The position numbers were made by a program, and so were the translations under genes. Below the pieces are notes generated by a model. It worked only from the letters and a program-made list of their open reading frames with translations. It was not told where the DNA came from and searched no databases. A stretch of DNA of 64,000 nucleotides from Paramoeba atlantica (taxonomy: Eukaryota > Protista > Discosea). Positions within the stretch are counted from its first letter, which is position 1. Each line of letters begins with the position of its first letter. Below, in pieces: positions 48,629 to 59,208 of this stretch. The stretch lies in the NCBI GenBank assembly GCA_977017575.1, contig CDRNVI010000029.1, positions 186,001 through 250,000 on the forward strand, written 5' to 3'.

Positions 48629-51028
48629 ATGCGGATCCATTTCTGGTACGTTCTCGCTCTGCTTGTAACGATTCTAACTCTTGCCACTGCATCCAGTGTT
48701 ACGGCTGTCGATGACTCGGAAGACGGTTTCGCCGACCTTTTCGGAACGGGTGGAAACAAAAAGAAAAAGAAGAGATATGCTTTTGAAGATGTTCCTGATA
48801 CCCCACCGATTCTTCACGAAGAGAAGAAAATGGAAAATTTTGGGGAGGAAGCTCCGCAAGTGAAAGTGGAAGAGGAACCCCAAGATGATAAACCAGCAGA
48901 AAAGAGCAAGCCTAATTCACCAAAGCCTTTGAAGAAATCAGAACCCCAGAAAAAAGAAGTTGAACCAAAACTGAATTCCGTGAAAACACGGAAACAATCG
49001 CCACCGAAGAAGAAAGAATGTCCAGTCTCGAAACCCGTAAGAGGAACTGTAGGCCCGAGAGCTTCTGTTCCAGCCCCTCAAGCGGAAGACTATGAAACCC
49101 AGATTGCCATGGTGATGTCCTTCGTGGAGGACTACCCTAGTGTTGAAGATGCCGTCGATGCTGTGGCAAAGAGCAACTTTCCTGACGACTATGCCAAACA
49201 AAAGGCGTTCGCAGACAAGTTCTATGCCTTGTCAGGAGCCAAACCCGATCCTGCTTCTGTGCCTGTCGTTGACCTCCCACCGTCCCCTATGCCCGAAGCT
49301 GAATTCATCCCTCTCCCCCCGGACGCGCCAGATACTTCTGTTAAAATTCCAGAAGAGATTACCGACCCGGAAGATCAGTGGAACATAAATGAGTGGAACA
49401 GCAAGGTGGACAGGGAGAGCTTGTACAACTCTGCCGCCCAGATTCTCCACAAGGAGGAGTCGGAACTCTGGAACATTGTCAGCCGTATTCGCTCCGCTGG
49501 ACCTCTTCAAATTGGCCAAGTTTACGAGAATGAATGGCCAGGAGATGAACGTATGCAGCGCCTGGCACGGGCGTGGTACAACATCGTCATGGCAAAGTTC
49601 CCTCATCACCAGGATTTACAAATCGGCGATTTCGGAGGACGCCGCCCCGCAGCTCGGGCGCCCGTCCGCGCTCGCTTCCAAAACCAACCTCCCGCACATG
49701 TACCTCCCCAACACCACGCCCCCCCCACCAACACGGAAAAAGAATTTGAAGACGCGATTGCACAAATTCACCTCATCAAAGAAACCGCCACCTCCGTCGA
49801 TGAGGCCATTGACACCGTCGCCATGGCCTTCTTCCCCGAGGACTTTGCGAAACAGCAACGCCTCTCCCAGCTCTACTACACCTACGGCACCGCGACCCCT
49901 CCCCGGCATGCCGCTCCCCCCCCGCGCCCCCTGCAGCCCCTTGGCGGGTTCGCTGCCCCGTTCCCCGGCGTGATGTTGGGGGGGGTGGGCGTCGCCCATG
50001 GGGCTATGGGTGCGGGAGGCCCCAACCCGCTCGCGGGGCTGTTGGGGATCCACCCCGCGGTGCTTCCCATGGGAGGGGTGGCCTCTCCTATGCCAGGCCC
50101 TCCGGGGTCTTCTTCTGCGTCTTCGTCAGATATTGAATCGAATTACGCGGAGAACTCGTTACTGGTGGAAGGGTCGAAACAGCTCGGTGTGCCGGTGGGG
50201 GTGCTGGAGGCTGCGGTGCTGCAAACGGAGGGGGAGGGTAGCGACCCTGAGGGTTTCTATGCGTTGTTGCGAGAGGGGTTTGGGGCCTCCAATGCGTTAG
50301 CGGTGGCGCCCGGGGAGGTGAGTGCGTGGTATGTGGTGAACGGGGCGAACGTGTACAGGGAGGCCGCGCGGTGGAGTTTTATTCGGGAGGCCGCGGATCA
50401 GATTCGAGACACCCCGCGGAATGTGGATCGTGTGCTGCAGTGGATTGATGACTCGTGTAATGTGTTGGAGCCGGAGTCGCGGTTGCGGGAGATGGATAGT
50501 TTGCAAATTTTTGGCGGTGATACGGACAAGCAGAAGGCGTTGAATGAGTGGATCACGCTGCGGCAGAGCGAGCTGTTCCGTTCACGTATGTTCAAATCGG
50601 TGAGTACAGATTCGGATCTCCCGCTTGCGGATTCGCAGAGACAACCCCCAAAACTTGAAGGTGAGGAATGTCCGGAAGTCCAGCCAGGCGCAGTTTCTCC
50701 CACACCAGAAGTGTCAGAAGAGCAACCACCGAATGACTCAGATTTGGAGAAAATGGAAGATGTACCAAGTCAGGAAGAGGTGATTCCATCACGCACGTTA
50801 AGTGACTTCCTATCGGAGTGTTTTGGGAATCGTATACCTCCACGACTTGGAAATATGCATGCCATGCGAGTCGCAGGGCTCGTCGCTCGACATTACAAAG
50901 TTTCAGAAAAAGATATACATCGTGCTGTTACTGCAGCTACAGATGAATTAATGAATGATTTTGAAAAGAGCAACCACGGAGAAGTGGTAACCATTGTACG
51001 CGAACTCAGAAACAGTATGAAAAAATGA
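48629..51028 (+). CDS. Signal-peptide-bearing Pro-rich protein with internal ~48-aa repeats
   Basis: N-terminal MRIHFWYVLALLVTILTLATA signal-like peptide; two clear internal repeats ending FP(D/E)D(Y/F)AKQ. Confidence 0.75.
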   Translation: MRIHFWYVLALLVTILTLATASSVTAVDDSEDGFADLFGTGGNKKKKKRYAFEDVPDTPPILHEEKKMENFGEEAPQVKVEEEPQDDKPAEKSKPNSPKPLKKSEPQKKEVEPKLNSVKTRKQSPPKKKECPVSKPVRGTVGPRASVPAPQAEDYETQIAMVMSFVEDYPSVEDAVDAVAKSNFPDDYAKQKAFADKFYALSGAKPDPASVPVVDLPPSPMPEAEFIPLPPDAPDTSVKIPEEITDPEDQWNINEWNSKVDRESLYNSAAQILHKEESELWNIVSRIRSAGPLQIGQVYENEWPGDERMQRLARAWYNIVMAKFPHHQDLQIGDFGGRRPAARAPVRARFQNQPPAHVPPQHHAPPTNTEKEFEDAIAQIHLIKETATSVDEAIDTVAMAFFPEDFAKQQRLSQLYYTYGTATPPRHAAPPPRPLQPLGGFAAPFPGVMLGGVGVAHGAMGAGGPNPLAGLLGIHPAVLPMGGVASPMPGPPGSSSASSSDIESNYAENSLLVEGSKQLGVPVGVLEAAVLQTEGEGSDPEGFYALLREGFGASNALAVAPGEVSAWYVVNGANVYREAARWSFIREAADQIRDTPRNVDRVLQWIDDSCNVLEPESRLREMDSLQIFGGDTDKQKALNEWITLRQSELFRSRMFKSVSTDSDLPLADSQRQPPKLEGEECPEVQPGAVSPTPEVSEEQPPNDSDLEKMEDVPSQEEVIPSRTLSDFLSECFGNRIPPRLGNMHAMRVAGLVARHYKVSEKDIHRAVTAATDELMNDFEKSNHGEVVTIVRELRNSMKK

Positions 51029-51430
51029 AATTATGTGACATGATATTTGCTTTTGGAAAGAATATTGAGAAATAAGAATGTGAGCTATTATACAAATGTG
51101 CTTTTGCTACAAGAACTGGAGAGGCTGCAGTCGTCTTCTTGGCATTTCGTTATCAAAATGTTTTATACTCCTTTTTGTGTGATAAGCCAAGTAGAAAACT
51201 TTAGTTTGCTCTGTTAAACCGGAACATAGTTTCCTAAAAAGATTAAAAGAAGTACTATTCAATACCACGACCTATCTCATTCGTCTATGTGCGACTATTT
51301 AATGTCTATCCTCATACGCCATTTGATAAATCTAGTTTCATCAGTAAGCATGATGTATCACTTTAATAGCAAATGTTATGACTACGAGAAAATGCACTTT
51401 TTCTGTTTTCTCTGAGAAAGTACTGGAAGC

Positions 51431-51658
51431 ATGTCATTCTATCAAAAATTGAAAATTCCTGATCGCTTCTCTCTTCTTCAAAAATTTGAGCTTCGTCGCT
51501 GCTTGGAAAATGTGTCACCACGTACCACTGCGTTCCTTTCTCAGGACTTCTTTCGTAACGTTCATTGGACAGTCATTTTTGTATCAAGTACAGCGGTGTC
51601 ATTTGCAACACTGCTGACGTTCCGACAGTATTTAGAATATATTCGCAAGAGAAAATGA
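51431..51658 (+). CDS. Small single-pass membrane protein (candidate)
   Basis: 75-aa ATG ORF, TM-like VHWTVIFVSSTAVSFATLLTF followed by a basic tail; cluster orientation. Confidence 0.4.
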   Translation: MSFYQKLKIPDRFSLLQKFELRRCLENVSPRTTAFLSQDFFRNVHWTVIFVSSTAVSFATLLTFRQYLEYIRKRK

Positions 51659-52290
51659 ATGGAAATAAGCGGAAATAACTTTTTTGTGCCAAGCGTCCGA
51701 TGATACAACACAGTAGTCCGCACGGCATCCCATAGACAGCGCTCTTTCGCATGTACTCGAACTGAGGAGGGACTATACAATTAATCCTAATGTAATTAGG
51801 ACACAGGGAGTACTCACTATTCGTATCAAGTTCCATCAAATTGACTCTTAAGGGAAAATCGTGGTCTACACGATCGTTTCCTAACGTGGTATCCTAACTG
51901 TCCTCTTCATGGTTCCGAAATGCTCTCCGAAATTATTGTACCTGCGTTGGTTTTACTGTTTCTACTAGAAGGAACTTTCTAGTTCCTCCAATATCTCGTA
52001 TGCCTGCTTGTTATATCGTCTCTTTCCTGCGATGATCGAATGCTTCTGAATGATAGCTATGTCATAGCAAAGAAAGAGAATGATTTGTAAACAGTTCGAC
52101 TATCAAACTGTTGGTAATGCAATGTATCAAGGATAGTGTAAAAGATCCGTTGTATGCTTCCATTAAACATGCTTAAATTCTTAGATCTTCTAATGTCGAA
52201 CACGTATTTTATGGCGAGTTGAACATTTTACACTTCGTAATCTCTCATACATCGCGGAAATTATCTGCATAAGCAAAAGCCGTCAACAAA

Positions 52291-54513
52291 ATGGATATAC
52301 CTAAGATGAGCCGTAATTCAAAGCGAATTCGCTGGAGTTCGAGGCTTGTTTCGGAGAACGACCCAAATAAGAGTAGTGGGCCAGTTGCACTCCCGGTGGA
52401 AGGGGCAAAACAAGCAGTAATTGACACCGTACGCAAGAACCACGTTAGCATTCTTATCGGAGAAACTGGTAGTGGTAAAACGACGAAGCTTCCGCAGTAT
52501 CTGCTGGACGCTGGACTTTTGAAGGAATTAAATTCTGGGTACTGTTCTGAACAGAAGGTGGAATATGGCACGGCTACAAATATGTATCTCCGACGCCGCA
52601 ATAAAATTTGTGTTACACAGCCTCGACGGATCGCTGCGAAAACAGTTTCCTCCTTTGTAGCCAGTGAGCGGCAGACCAGCGATGAAATCGGGTACGCGGT
52701 CCGATTTGAAGACTCCTGTACCCCACTGACCAGGATTAAGTACGTCACGGATGGGATTCTTCTGCGTGAGTTGTTTGTTGACCCGTACTTAAATGATTAC
52801 GGTATTATTGTGCTGGACGAGGCACACGAACGCACTTTGAATGGTGATATTCTCTTTGCGCTGCTTAAGGCGCTGCTTCGACAGCATCGGAAGAACTCGT
52901 TGCGCATTATCATAATGTCGGCAACGATGGACCCGACATTCTTTCAGAATTATTGGTCTAGACCTGGAGCCGGAGAAACGGACAACCCCAGAATAAAAGT
53001 TCAAGCGGCCTACATACAAGGAAGACAGCACACGGTATCGCTCAACTATTTGATTTCACCCGTAAAGGACTACGTAAAAACGTCCGTAAACACTGTAATG
53101 CAGCTTCTCATTGACAATGCGAAGAGTGTCTATGACGCATCACGTTCCAGTAAAAGTGATACAAGCACACTTGCGAAGGATATTTTAGTATTCCTACCGG
53201 GTTCACATGATATCGAATCTGCATATCATCTTTTGCTAGAAAAACGTGAGAAAATTATCCCCCAAATCCGACAAATGATGGATTTCTTACCCCTTCGCCT
53301 GTATTCGGTACTCACGCAAGAAGAGCAGATGCGTATTTTTGAACCGCTACCGACACCCCTGACAAGGAAAGTTGTTTTGGCGACTAACATTGCAGAAACT
53401 TCCATCACTATCCCCGGTGTAAAGTACGTCGTTGACGCGGGATACGTAAAGGAAAAGCGCTACGACCCCATCTCCAAAGTTGACACTCTGCACACCGTCC
53501 CGGTCAGTCAAGCCCAAGCAAGGCAACGAGCCGGTAGGGCTGGACGAGAGGGGCCGGGGGTTTGCTTCCGTCTCTACACGGAGGACCATTTCCACTCCCA
53601 ACTCCGACCCTATCCGCTTCCGGAGATTCAGCGAACGTCTGTGATTCATGTTGTTCTGCAGCTGAAGGCGATGGATGTACCCAACCTTCTGCTATTCGAC
53701 TTCTTGGATGCGCCGCCACGGGATGCGATTATGCGAGCCACAGAGACGCTTACCCTTCTAGGTGCGCTCGACCACGAAGGGAGAGTTACCGAAACGGGAA
53801 AGCGAATGGCGCGGATTCCGCTCGACCCCAAGGCATCGCGTTGCGTTGTGTACGCCGAACAGATGCACTGCCCAGCCACCCTGAAGGCAGTCATTACGAT
53901 CTTGGCGATGTTAAGTGTAGAATCTCTTCTCATTCAGGAAAGACGAGGTGATACAAACCGGGGACTTCCAAAAAGCATGAAATCTTCGACTTTTCGTACC
54001 TCAAAGGATGATACCGGTTCGAGAAATACATTTGAGTCCGCGGCTAGTGTGCACGGTGACCATTTTTTATACTTGGAAATTGCGAAAGAATTTGACAAAC
54101 AGCGAGTGAGTGAACGCTCCTCATGGTGTAGGCGGCATGGTATTAAAACTCGTGAAATGCTAAAGGCAATGGATATCCGTGCCCAACTTTTACGTGAGAT
54201 CTACCCCACACAAACAACTTTTGGACTTCATAGCGAATCGATTGACAGCGACACCTTGAGGCACAATGTCCGAATTTCCCTGTGCAGCGGATATTTTTCA
54301 CACGCTGTCAAGTGGGATAATCAAACACGTAGGTACGTCACGCTTGATACACAAAAGACCGTCACGCTGCATCCAAACTCGGTTCTTTTTGCCAGCGGAA
54401 AGTACCGTGCGGAATACTTGATCTATCATTCCCTCGTGTCAACCGCTCGGGTTTATATGCACAACCTCTTTGTTATTCCGGAGTCGATTCTAAAGGAATT
54501 TCGAAAACAATAG
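52291..54513 (+). CDS. DEAH-box RNA helicase (DHX33/Dhr2 or Prp22/Prp43 group)
   Basis: GETGSGKTT, TQPRRIAA, LDEAHER, MSAT, LATNIAETSITIPG, QRAGRAGREGPG and an HA2/OB-like C-terminus. Confidence 0.93.
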   Translation: MDIPKMSRNSKRIRWSSRLVSENDPNKSSGPVALPVEGAKQAVIDTVRKNHVSILIGETGSGKTTKLPQYLLDAGLLKELNSGYCSEQKVEYGTATNMYLRRRNKICVTQPRRIAAKTVSSFVASERQTSDEIGYAVRFEDSCTPLTRIKYVTDGILLRELFVDPYLNDYGIIVLDEAHERTLNGDILFALLKALLRQHRKNSLRIIIMSATMDPTFFQNYWSRPGAGETDNPRIKVQAAYIQGRQHTVSLNYLISPVKDYVKTSVNTVMQLLIDNAKSVYDASRSSKSDTSTLAKDILVFLPGSHDIESAYHLLLEKREKIIPQIRQMMDFLPLRLYSVLTQEEQMRIFEPLPTPLTRKVVLATNIAETSITIPGVKYVVDAGYVKEKRYDPISKVDTLHTVPVSQAQARQRAGRAGREGPGVCFRLYTEDHFHSQLRPYPLPEIQRTSVIHVVLQLKAMDVPNLLLFDFLDAPPRDAIMRATETLTLLGALDHEGRVTETGKRMARIPLDPKASRCVVYAEQMHCPATLKAVITILAMLSVESLLIQERRGDTNRGLPKSMKSSTFRTSKDDTGSRNTFESAASVHGDHFLYLEIAKEFDKQRVSERSSWCRRHGIKTREMLKAMDIRAQLLREIYPTQTTFGLHSESIDSDTLRHNVRISLCSGYFSHAVKWDNQTRRYVTLDTQKTVTLHPNSVLFASGKYRAEYLIYHSLVSTARVYMHNLFVIPESILKEFRKQ

Positions 54514-54790
54514 GCTACCGTGATAATGATAAAAGCGAAGCGCAAGTTTCTGATTCCCTGTGGTGATGATTTTTAAACTTTTTAATTGCCTAAGGTTAGA
54601 GCCCTTTAATTTGGTTAGAGCCCTTTAAATACTCGGGAACTGTAGATTAGGCATTTGTTTAGGTTGCCGATTTCTCTGACTACAAAGATTATTCCCTAGA
54701 TGCTTTATTTTTGCACTGAACATGTCATAAACCCACTGTCCCCCTACTCGAACCGATCAACCCCGCCCGTACAACAGAACCCCACTGAAA

Positions 54791-56224
54791 ATGACCACCA
54801 CCCCCTCCCACGCCCCTCTCTGGGTATGCCTCCTCACCCAAGCCGTCTCCGTCCTCGGCGACGCCTTCGGCCAGCGCACCGCCCGGGTCTACCACCCCCA
54901 CTCCTACCGTCGTTTCCTCCTCACCCTCACCCTCGTCAGTGCCACCCAAACCTTCCTCACCCTCACCCTGGTCCAGACCCTCGCCCCCGCCCTCACCACC
55001 CAGCACTGGGCCACCGACCCCCGCACGGGACACTGGCACGACAGCTGTGCCCCCACCCCCCCCGGGGCGAACGTCCCCCCTGCCGCCTCCACCCCCCCCA
55101 TCGACACGCACTGCTACCCCCAGGGCCCGCTGTCGATCCCGCGGGCCCTGGCGCAGTGCCCCGCGGTGCTGGCGAACCCGCTCGTCAACGCGGTGTACTA
55201 CCTGAGCGAGGCGGTGCTCTACGCCCACCCCCTCGGGCTGGTGCTGCTCGTGCTCGCCTCGCTGGCCTCCACGCTGGTGGTCGCCCCGCTGCAGTCGGCA
55301 CTGCGGGTGGGGCGCCGGGGGACGGTGGCGGGACACGTGGTGGTGCTGGGGGTGCTGGGGGCGCTGCTCTCGGTGTGCGAGAACCCGGGGAGGGGGGAGG
55401 GGAGGGGAAGGGAGAAGGGGGAGGGGGAAGCGCAACGGGAGGGGGAGGGGGAGGGGGAGGGGGAGGGGGGGGAAGGGGAGGGCAACACAGGGAGGGGGGG
55501 AGAGAAGGGGAAAGGAAACGGGGAGGAGGGGGAGAGCGGGGTGGAAAAGGGGCCAGAAACGGTGGCGGGTGAGGGGTGGGGGTCGTCTCTGGTTCGCGTG
55601 CGTAGAGCAGATCACGTAACAAAGAGAGGTCGCTTGGTGAGAAAGATGATTTCTTCGGCTTGCGTGTCGTTTTTACCCCTTTTTGTTCCATTTTCCATGT
55701 TGAGTCTTACCTATGCTGCTTTTTTTCTTGCTATGGCGTTCTACCATGAGCACTGCGGGTTAAATGCCTGGGGTTATAACGCTTTTGATCAAGTAACCAT
55801 GCCTCCGTTTATTTTACTTCTTCTCTTGGCGTGGGATGCCCTAATCTATCTCTTCCCCAGCCTTAAAAAGCCGAACACCGCGCACTACACGACCCTCCAA
55901 GAGATCAAAATCACTTTCAAGGAGGCCACGGACAATCGCTGCGCTGGACTGTTGTGCTGCCTTGCTTATCGGACGCTAATCAACACGCGAGCCATTGCCT
56001 ATACCTATCTTGCAGTTCTCTTCGATCTCAATGAGGTCTATCTGAAACTTACCTTGATACGAGTGGCGCTTTCCTGGGTTGCTTCACTAATTCTGGTTCT
56101 TTTGCTGCCGCGCTTTATTTTGGCCACAACACAAGAGAGAAAGAGTTTTGCGGATCCGATCAATATGACACTTCACGCACTTGGGACTGCATTGTTGACG
56201 TTGTCACTATTTTTTATGCGATGA
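54791..56224 (+). CDS. Multi-pass membrane protein with Gly/Glu low-complexity loop
   Basis: Several hydrophobic segments either side of (GE)n; transporter-like (DMT?) but family not recognised. Confidence 0.65.
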   Translation: MTTTPSHAPLWVCLLTQAVSVLGDAFGQRTARVYHPHSYRRFLLTLTLVSATQTFLTLTLVQTLAPALTTQHWATDPRTGHWHDSCAPTPPGANVPPAASTPPIDTHCYPQGPLSIPRALAQCPAVLANPLVNAVYYLSEAVLYAHPLGLVLLVLASLASTLVVAPLQSALRVGRRGTVAGHVVVLGVLGALLSVCENPGRGEGRGREKGEGEAQREGEGEGEGEGGEGEGNTGRGGEKGKGNGEEGESGVEKGPETVAGEGWGSSLVRVRRADHVTKRGRLVRKMISSACVSFLPLFVPFSMLSLTYAAFFLAMAFYHEHCGLNAWGYNAFDQVTMPPFILLLLLAWDALIYLFPSLKKPNTAHYTTLQEIKITFKEATDNRCAGLLCCLAYRTLINTRAIAYTYLAVLFDLNEVYLKLTLIRVALSWVASLILVLLLPRFILATTQERKSFADPINMTLHALGTALLTLSLFFMR

Positions 56225-56768
56225 CAAAAAGAATTGTAAGCGATATACAAGGACACCTTTTACAAGTGTAGCTCAAATTAGTGACAACTTATAGCAAATT
56301 ATAGCTCAAATTCCACTTGCTCAATTTCGACCCGATATGAATTGTTGACCCACCAGAACTCCACTAGTTTTCCTACTTACGACACTATTGGCAATAGCCC
56401 AGCGAATAATTGCTGGTAGTTTACTGGGATGCTGATCGTATGAGTGTATTGCTACCTGACCTGTACAGGTTTTGTTGTTTAGAATACTAGTAATCCAGGG
56501 AGGAGCGGTTATAGTAGTCATACACCCACCGAAAGTGAGAGCGTCTCAAGTTAGGTACTTGAAGTCCTGTGGACGGACTCTCGTTAAGTCAGTGGCTTCT
56601 TCGCCTGTAGACGTAGTTAAAAACGGAATTTTGTGAAGCCTTGCAATTTGGTGATCATGATTATCCTATGTAAGCCAGAGTTGAACCAGTATCATTCGAT
56701 ACGTACTTTGAGTTCTATACTCCAGAAAAGGAGATTATTATAAATATGGAAAAGGAGTTTTCCATATT

Positions 56769-56845
56769 TTCCTTGATTTTTATATTCCTTGATTTTTATA
56801 TTCCTTGATTTTTATATTCCTTGATTTTTATATTCCTTGATTTTT
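56769..56845 (+). repeat. 16-bp tandem repeat (ccttgatttttatatt), about 5 copies
   Basis: Unit starts at 56771, 56787, 56803, 56819 and 56835. Confidence 0.9.
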
Positions 56846-57000
56846 TTTGGTATTATTTTCGCTGCTAGAAAAAATACTTAGCACTTCTACGTACATGGAC
56901 CATTCAAAACATAGTGTTCGATATTGTACATATCGAATGTACATACGATATGCATGATATTGTAGACTTTTTATACACGAAAATATATATTGACAATTCC

Positions 57001-57606
57001 ATGACTGCAAAAAAGACGAAAACCGCGTCCAAGGCGCCTAACTCAAAACAGAAAAAGAAGAAAAATGCGGAAAAGAATGTGCACGCCGAAAATGTAATCT
57101 ACATTGGACATATTCCTCCGGACTTTTCTGAAAAACCGTTGACTTCCTTTTTGTCGCAGTTTGGCACGACTAAGCACTTCGTATTGTCGCGGAGCCCCAA
57201 AACGGGTCGATCCCGTGGTTACGCATTCGCTCAATTCACGGACGCCCAAGGGGCGCAAGAGGCATCTCGTGAGCTCCATGGATTCGTGCTCGGGGGTCGC
57301 AGTTTAGTGTCCCATGTGATGGAAGATGACAAGGTGAGTCCGTTCATGTGGCGCAGATGGGATCAGCTCCATAGGATTCACATCGATCATACTCGACGTG
57401 TGAAAGGATATACCCCTGCAGTTCGAATACAGCCTCGGAATACGGTATCTGCCATCACCGAACATTTGCGAAAAATGATTGAAATGGAGAAAAAGCATAA
57501 TGAAGCGTTGAAGCGCCTCGGCATTGACTATGTTTTTAATGGCTTTCAGGCCCAGGAAGGGATCTTGGTTCAAAGAAAAACAGAAATTCTGCCTCAAGAA
57601 GAGTAA
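57001..57606 (+). CDS. NOP15: Nucleolar RRM protein NOP15/NIFK-like
   Basis: VIYIGHIPPDF.E..L..F.SQFG.....LSRS.KTGRSRGYAF matches NIFK/Nop15. Confidence 0.8.
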   Translation: MTAKKTKTASKAPNSKQKKKKNAEKNVHAENVIYIGHIPPDFSEKPLTSFLSQFGTTKHFVLSRSPKTGRSRGYAFAQFTDAQGAQEASRELHGFVLGGRSLVSHVMEDDKVSPFMWRRWDQLHRIHIDHTRRVKGYTPAVRIQPRNTVSAITEHLRKMIEMEKKHNEALKRLGIDYVFNGFQAQEGILVQRKTEILPQEE

Positions 57607-58018
57607 CTTGATAATTCCAGACCAACTACTAAAAATATAGCGATACAGCTTTGCAAATCGACTTTTTGATGAAACTATAGCTTTTATGTTGTATTGTGCC
57701 TATGACCACTGATTACAGACATGACAAAAATCTTTTGATATACTACTGTATTCTATAGCACGTAGTACGTGTATTACTTACAAACAGTCATGTATCACGA
57801 CAATACACTGCTGCCGAATGTTGATCCCTGTGTGTTGTATCGTACTGTACTTAGCGACTGTACTAATTACAGTAGTAAATGTAAATGAGAATTTATCTTG
57901 AAGAATCATGAATTTTCTTCACTAGTTCATTATCTGCAACGTGTGTGAGAGAGCAATAGGAGAGTACAGTTTTTTTTTCCAAAAAAAACGGCATTACTTA
58001 TTTTTCATAATTATAAGA

Positions 58019-58783
58019 ATGGGGGAACTTCGGCCTACAGAATACAGGACTTCCGATCTCAAGATCAAAGAACCATTCGAACTTAATTCCATAGAAAGAG
58101 CAAAATCGTACAAATTGGAAGGAAACGATGCATACAGAAAGGAATTTTATTTAAATGCAATGAAGCTATACGAAACTGCGCTTCAAACATTGTCTATCCC
58201 ATTAAATTCGACGAATAGCGACCCGAAAGAGACATTAGAACTCCCAGAAGTTAATTCCGCTCAAAAACAAAAAGTGAAAAACGAGTGTACAGATGACTCG
58301 GGAGACGTTCGTCCGTTGCAGGAGAACCAGCTTATTGCAAACCTGTTTCTGAACTTAGGATTGTGTACGCTAAAAACAGAAATAGATGAGGGATTAAATT
58401 TGGAGAAGTCTTCCAGTCCAGAAAACAGAAATACAAACACTTTACGTCGTGATCGAGCAATACGGTTCTTCACGTCCGCCATTAAACATAATAAGCAATA
58501 TGGGAAGGCGTACTACAGAAGGGCAGATTGCCACATGGACAGCGAAAATTTTTCGACGGCCCATGCCGATTACGTAAAATCCAAGGAGGTGGGATTTGCC
58601 GATCTCTACCTTGACGTTAAAATAGAAAACGCAAGAAAGAAAATGGAAGAACAAACGGCCAAAGCGCTTCAAGATCTTAAATCTCTAGGAAGTTCTATAT
58701 TAGGAAAGTTTGGGTTGAGTCTAGATAATTTCAAAACTAAGAAAAATGAATCTGGGGGTTACAGCATCAGTTATGAGAACTAG
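58019..58783 (+). CDS. TTC1: TPR protein TTC1-like
   Basis: KLEGNDAYRKE...A..LY, KAYYRRA, and C-terminal LKSLGSSILGKFGLSLDNFKT...GGYSISY typical of TTC1. Confidence 0.8.
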   Translation: MGELRPTEYRTSDLKIKEPFELNSIERAKSYKLEGNDAYRKEFYLNAMKLYETALQTLSIPLNSTNSDPKETLELPEVNSAQKQKVKNECTDDSGDVRPLQENQLIANLFLNLGLCTLKTEIDEGLNLEKSSSPENRNTNTLRRDRAIRFFTSAIKHNKQYGKAYYRRADCHMDSENFSTAHADYVKSKEVGFADLYLDVKIENARKKMEEQTAKALQDLKSLGSSILGKFGLSLDNFKTKKNESGGYSISYEN

Positions 58784-59208
58784 AAACTACAGCCATACGC
58801 GGGTAGTGGACAAGGACTGCCATATAGGAAATTCTACTTGAATTCGTAAATTACCTTAACATTCTTAGGCATTTTAGTGTCTAGATCCTATTCATGTATG
58901 TACGTGAAGATCTACTTGTGCTTTTGCTTGCATTATCTTTATAATATGGTGTACTCAAGCGTGAAATGTAGTGTAGTACGTTGGGTATGGAGCCTGCCAA
59001 AAATAGTGTAGCGTGTATTTTGCAATACAATGTTTGAGACATTTAACAACCTTGCTACCCCGATTTACAAATGTTTGCATGTGTTTCTGAAACAATTGAG
59101 TCTCTGGAACGCTTGGCTCAAAACGAAACGATCTTCTCGATACGCTTAACTTCTTCGTAAGAATGTTTGATATTCTAACACCATACCTTTAATAGAGCAC
59201 GGCCATCA

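Noticed and set aside
54700-55691. Several long overlapping Pro/Gly/Arg-rich ORFs on both strands
   Set aside because: Expected artefact of very GC-rich, stop-poor sequence; only 54791-56224 has coherent TM segments and continues beyond the island.
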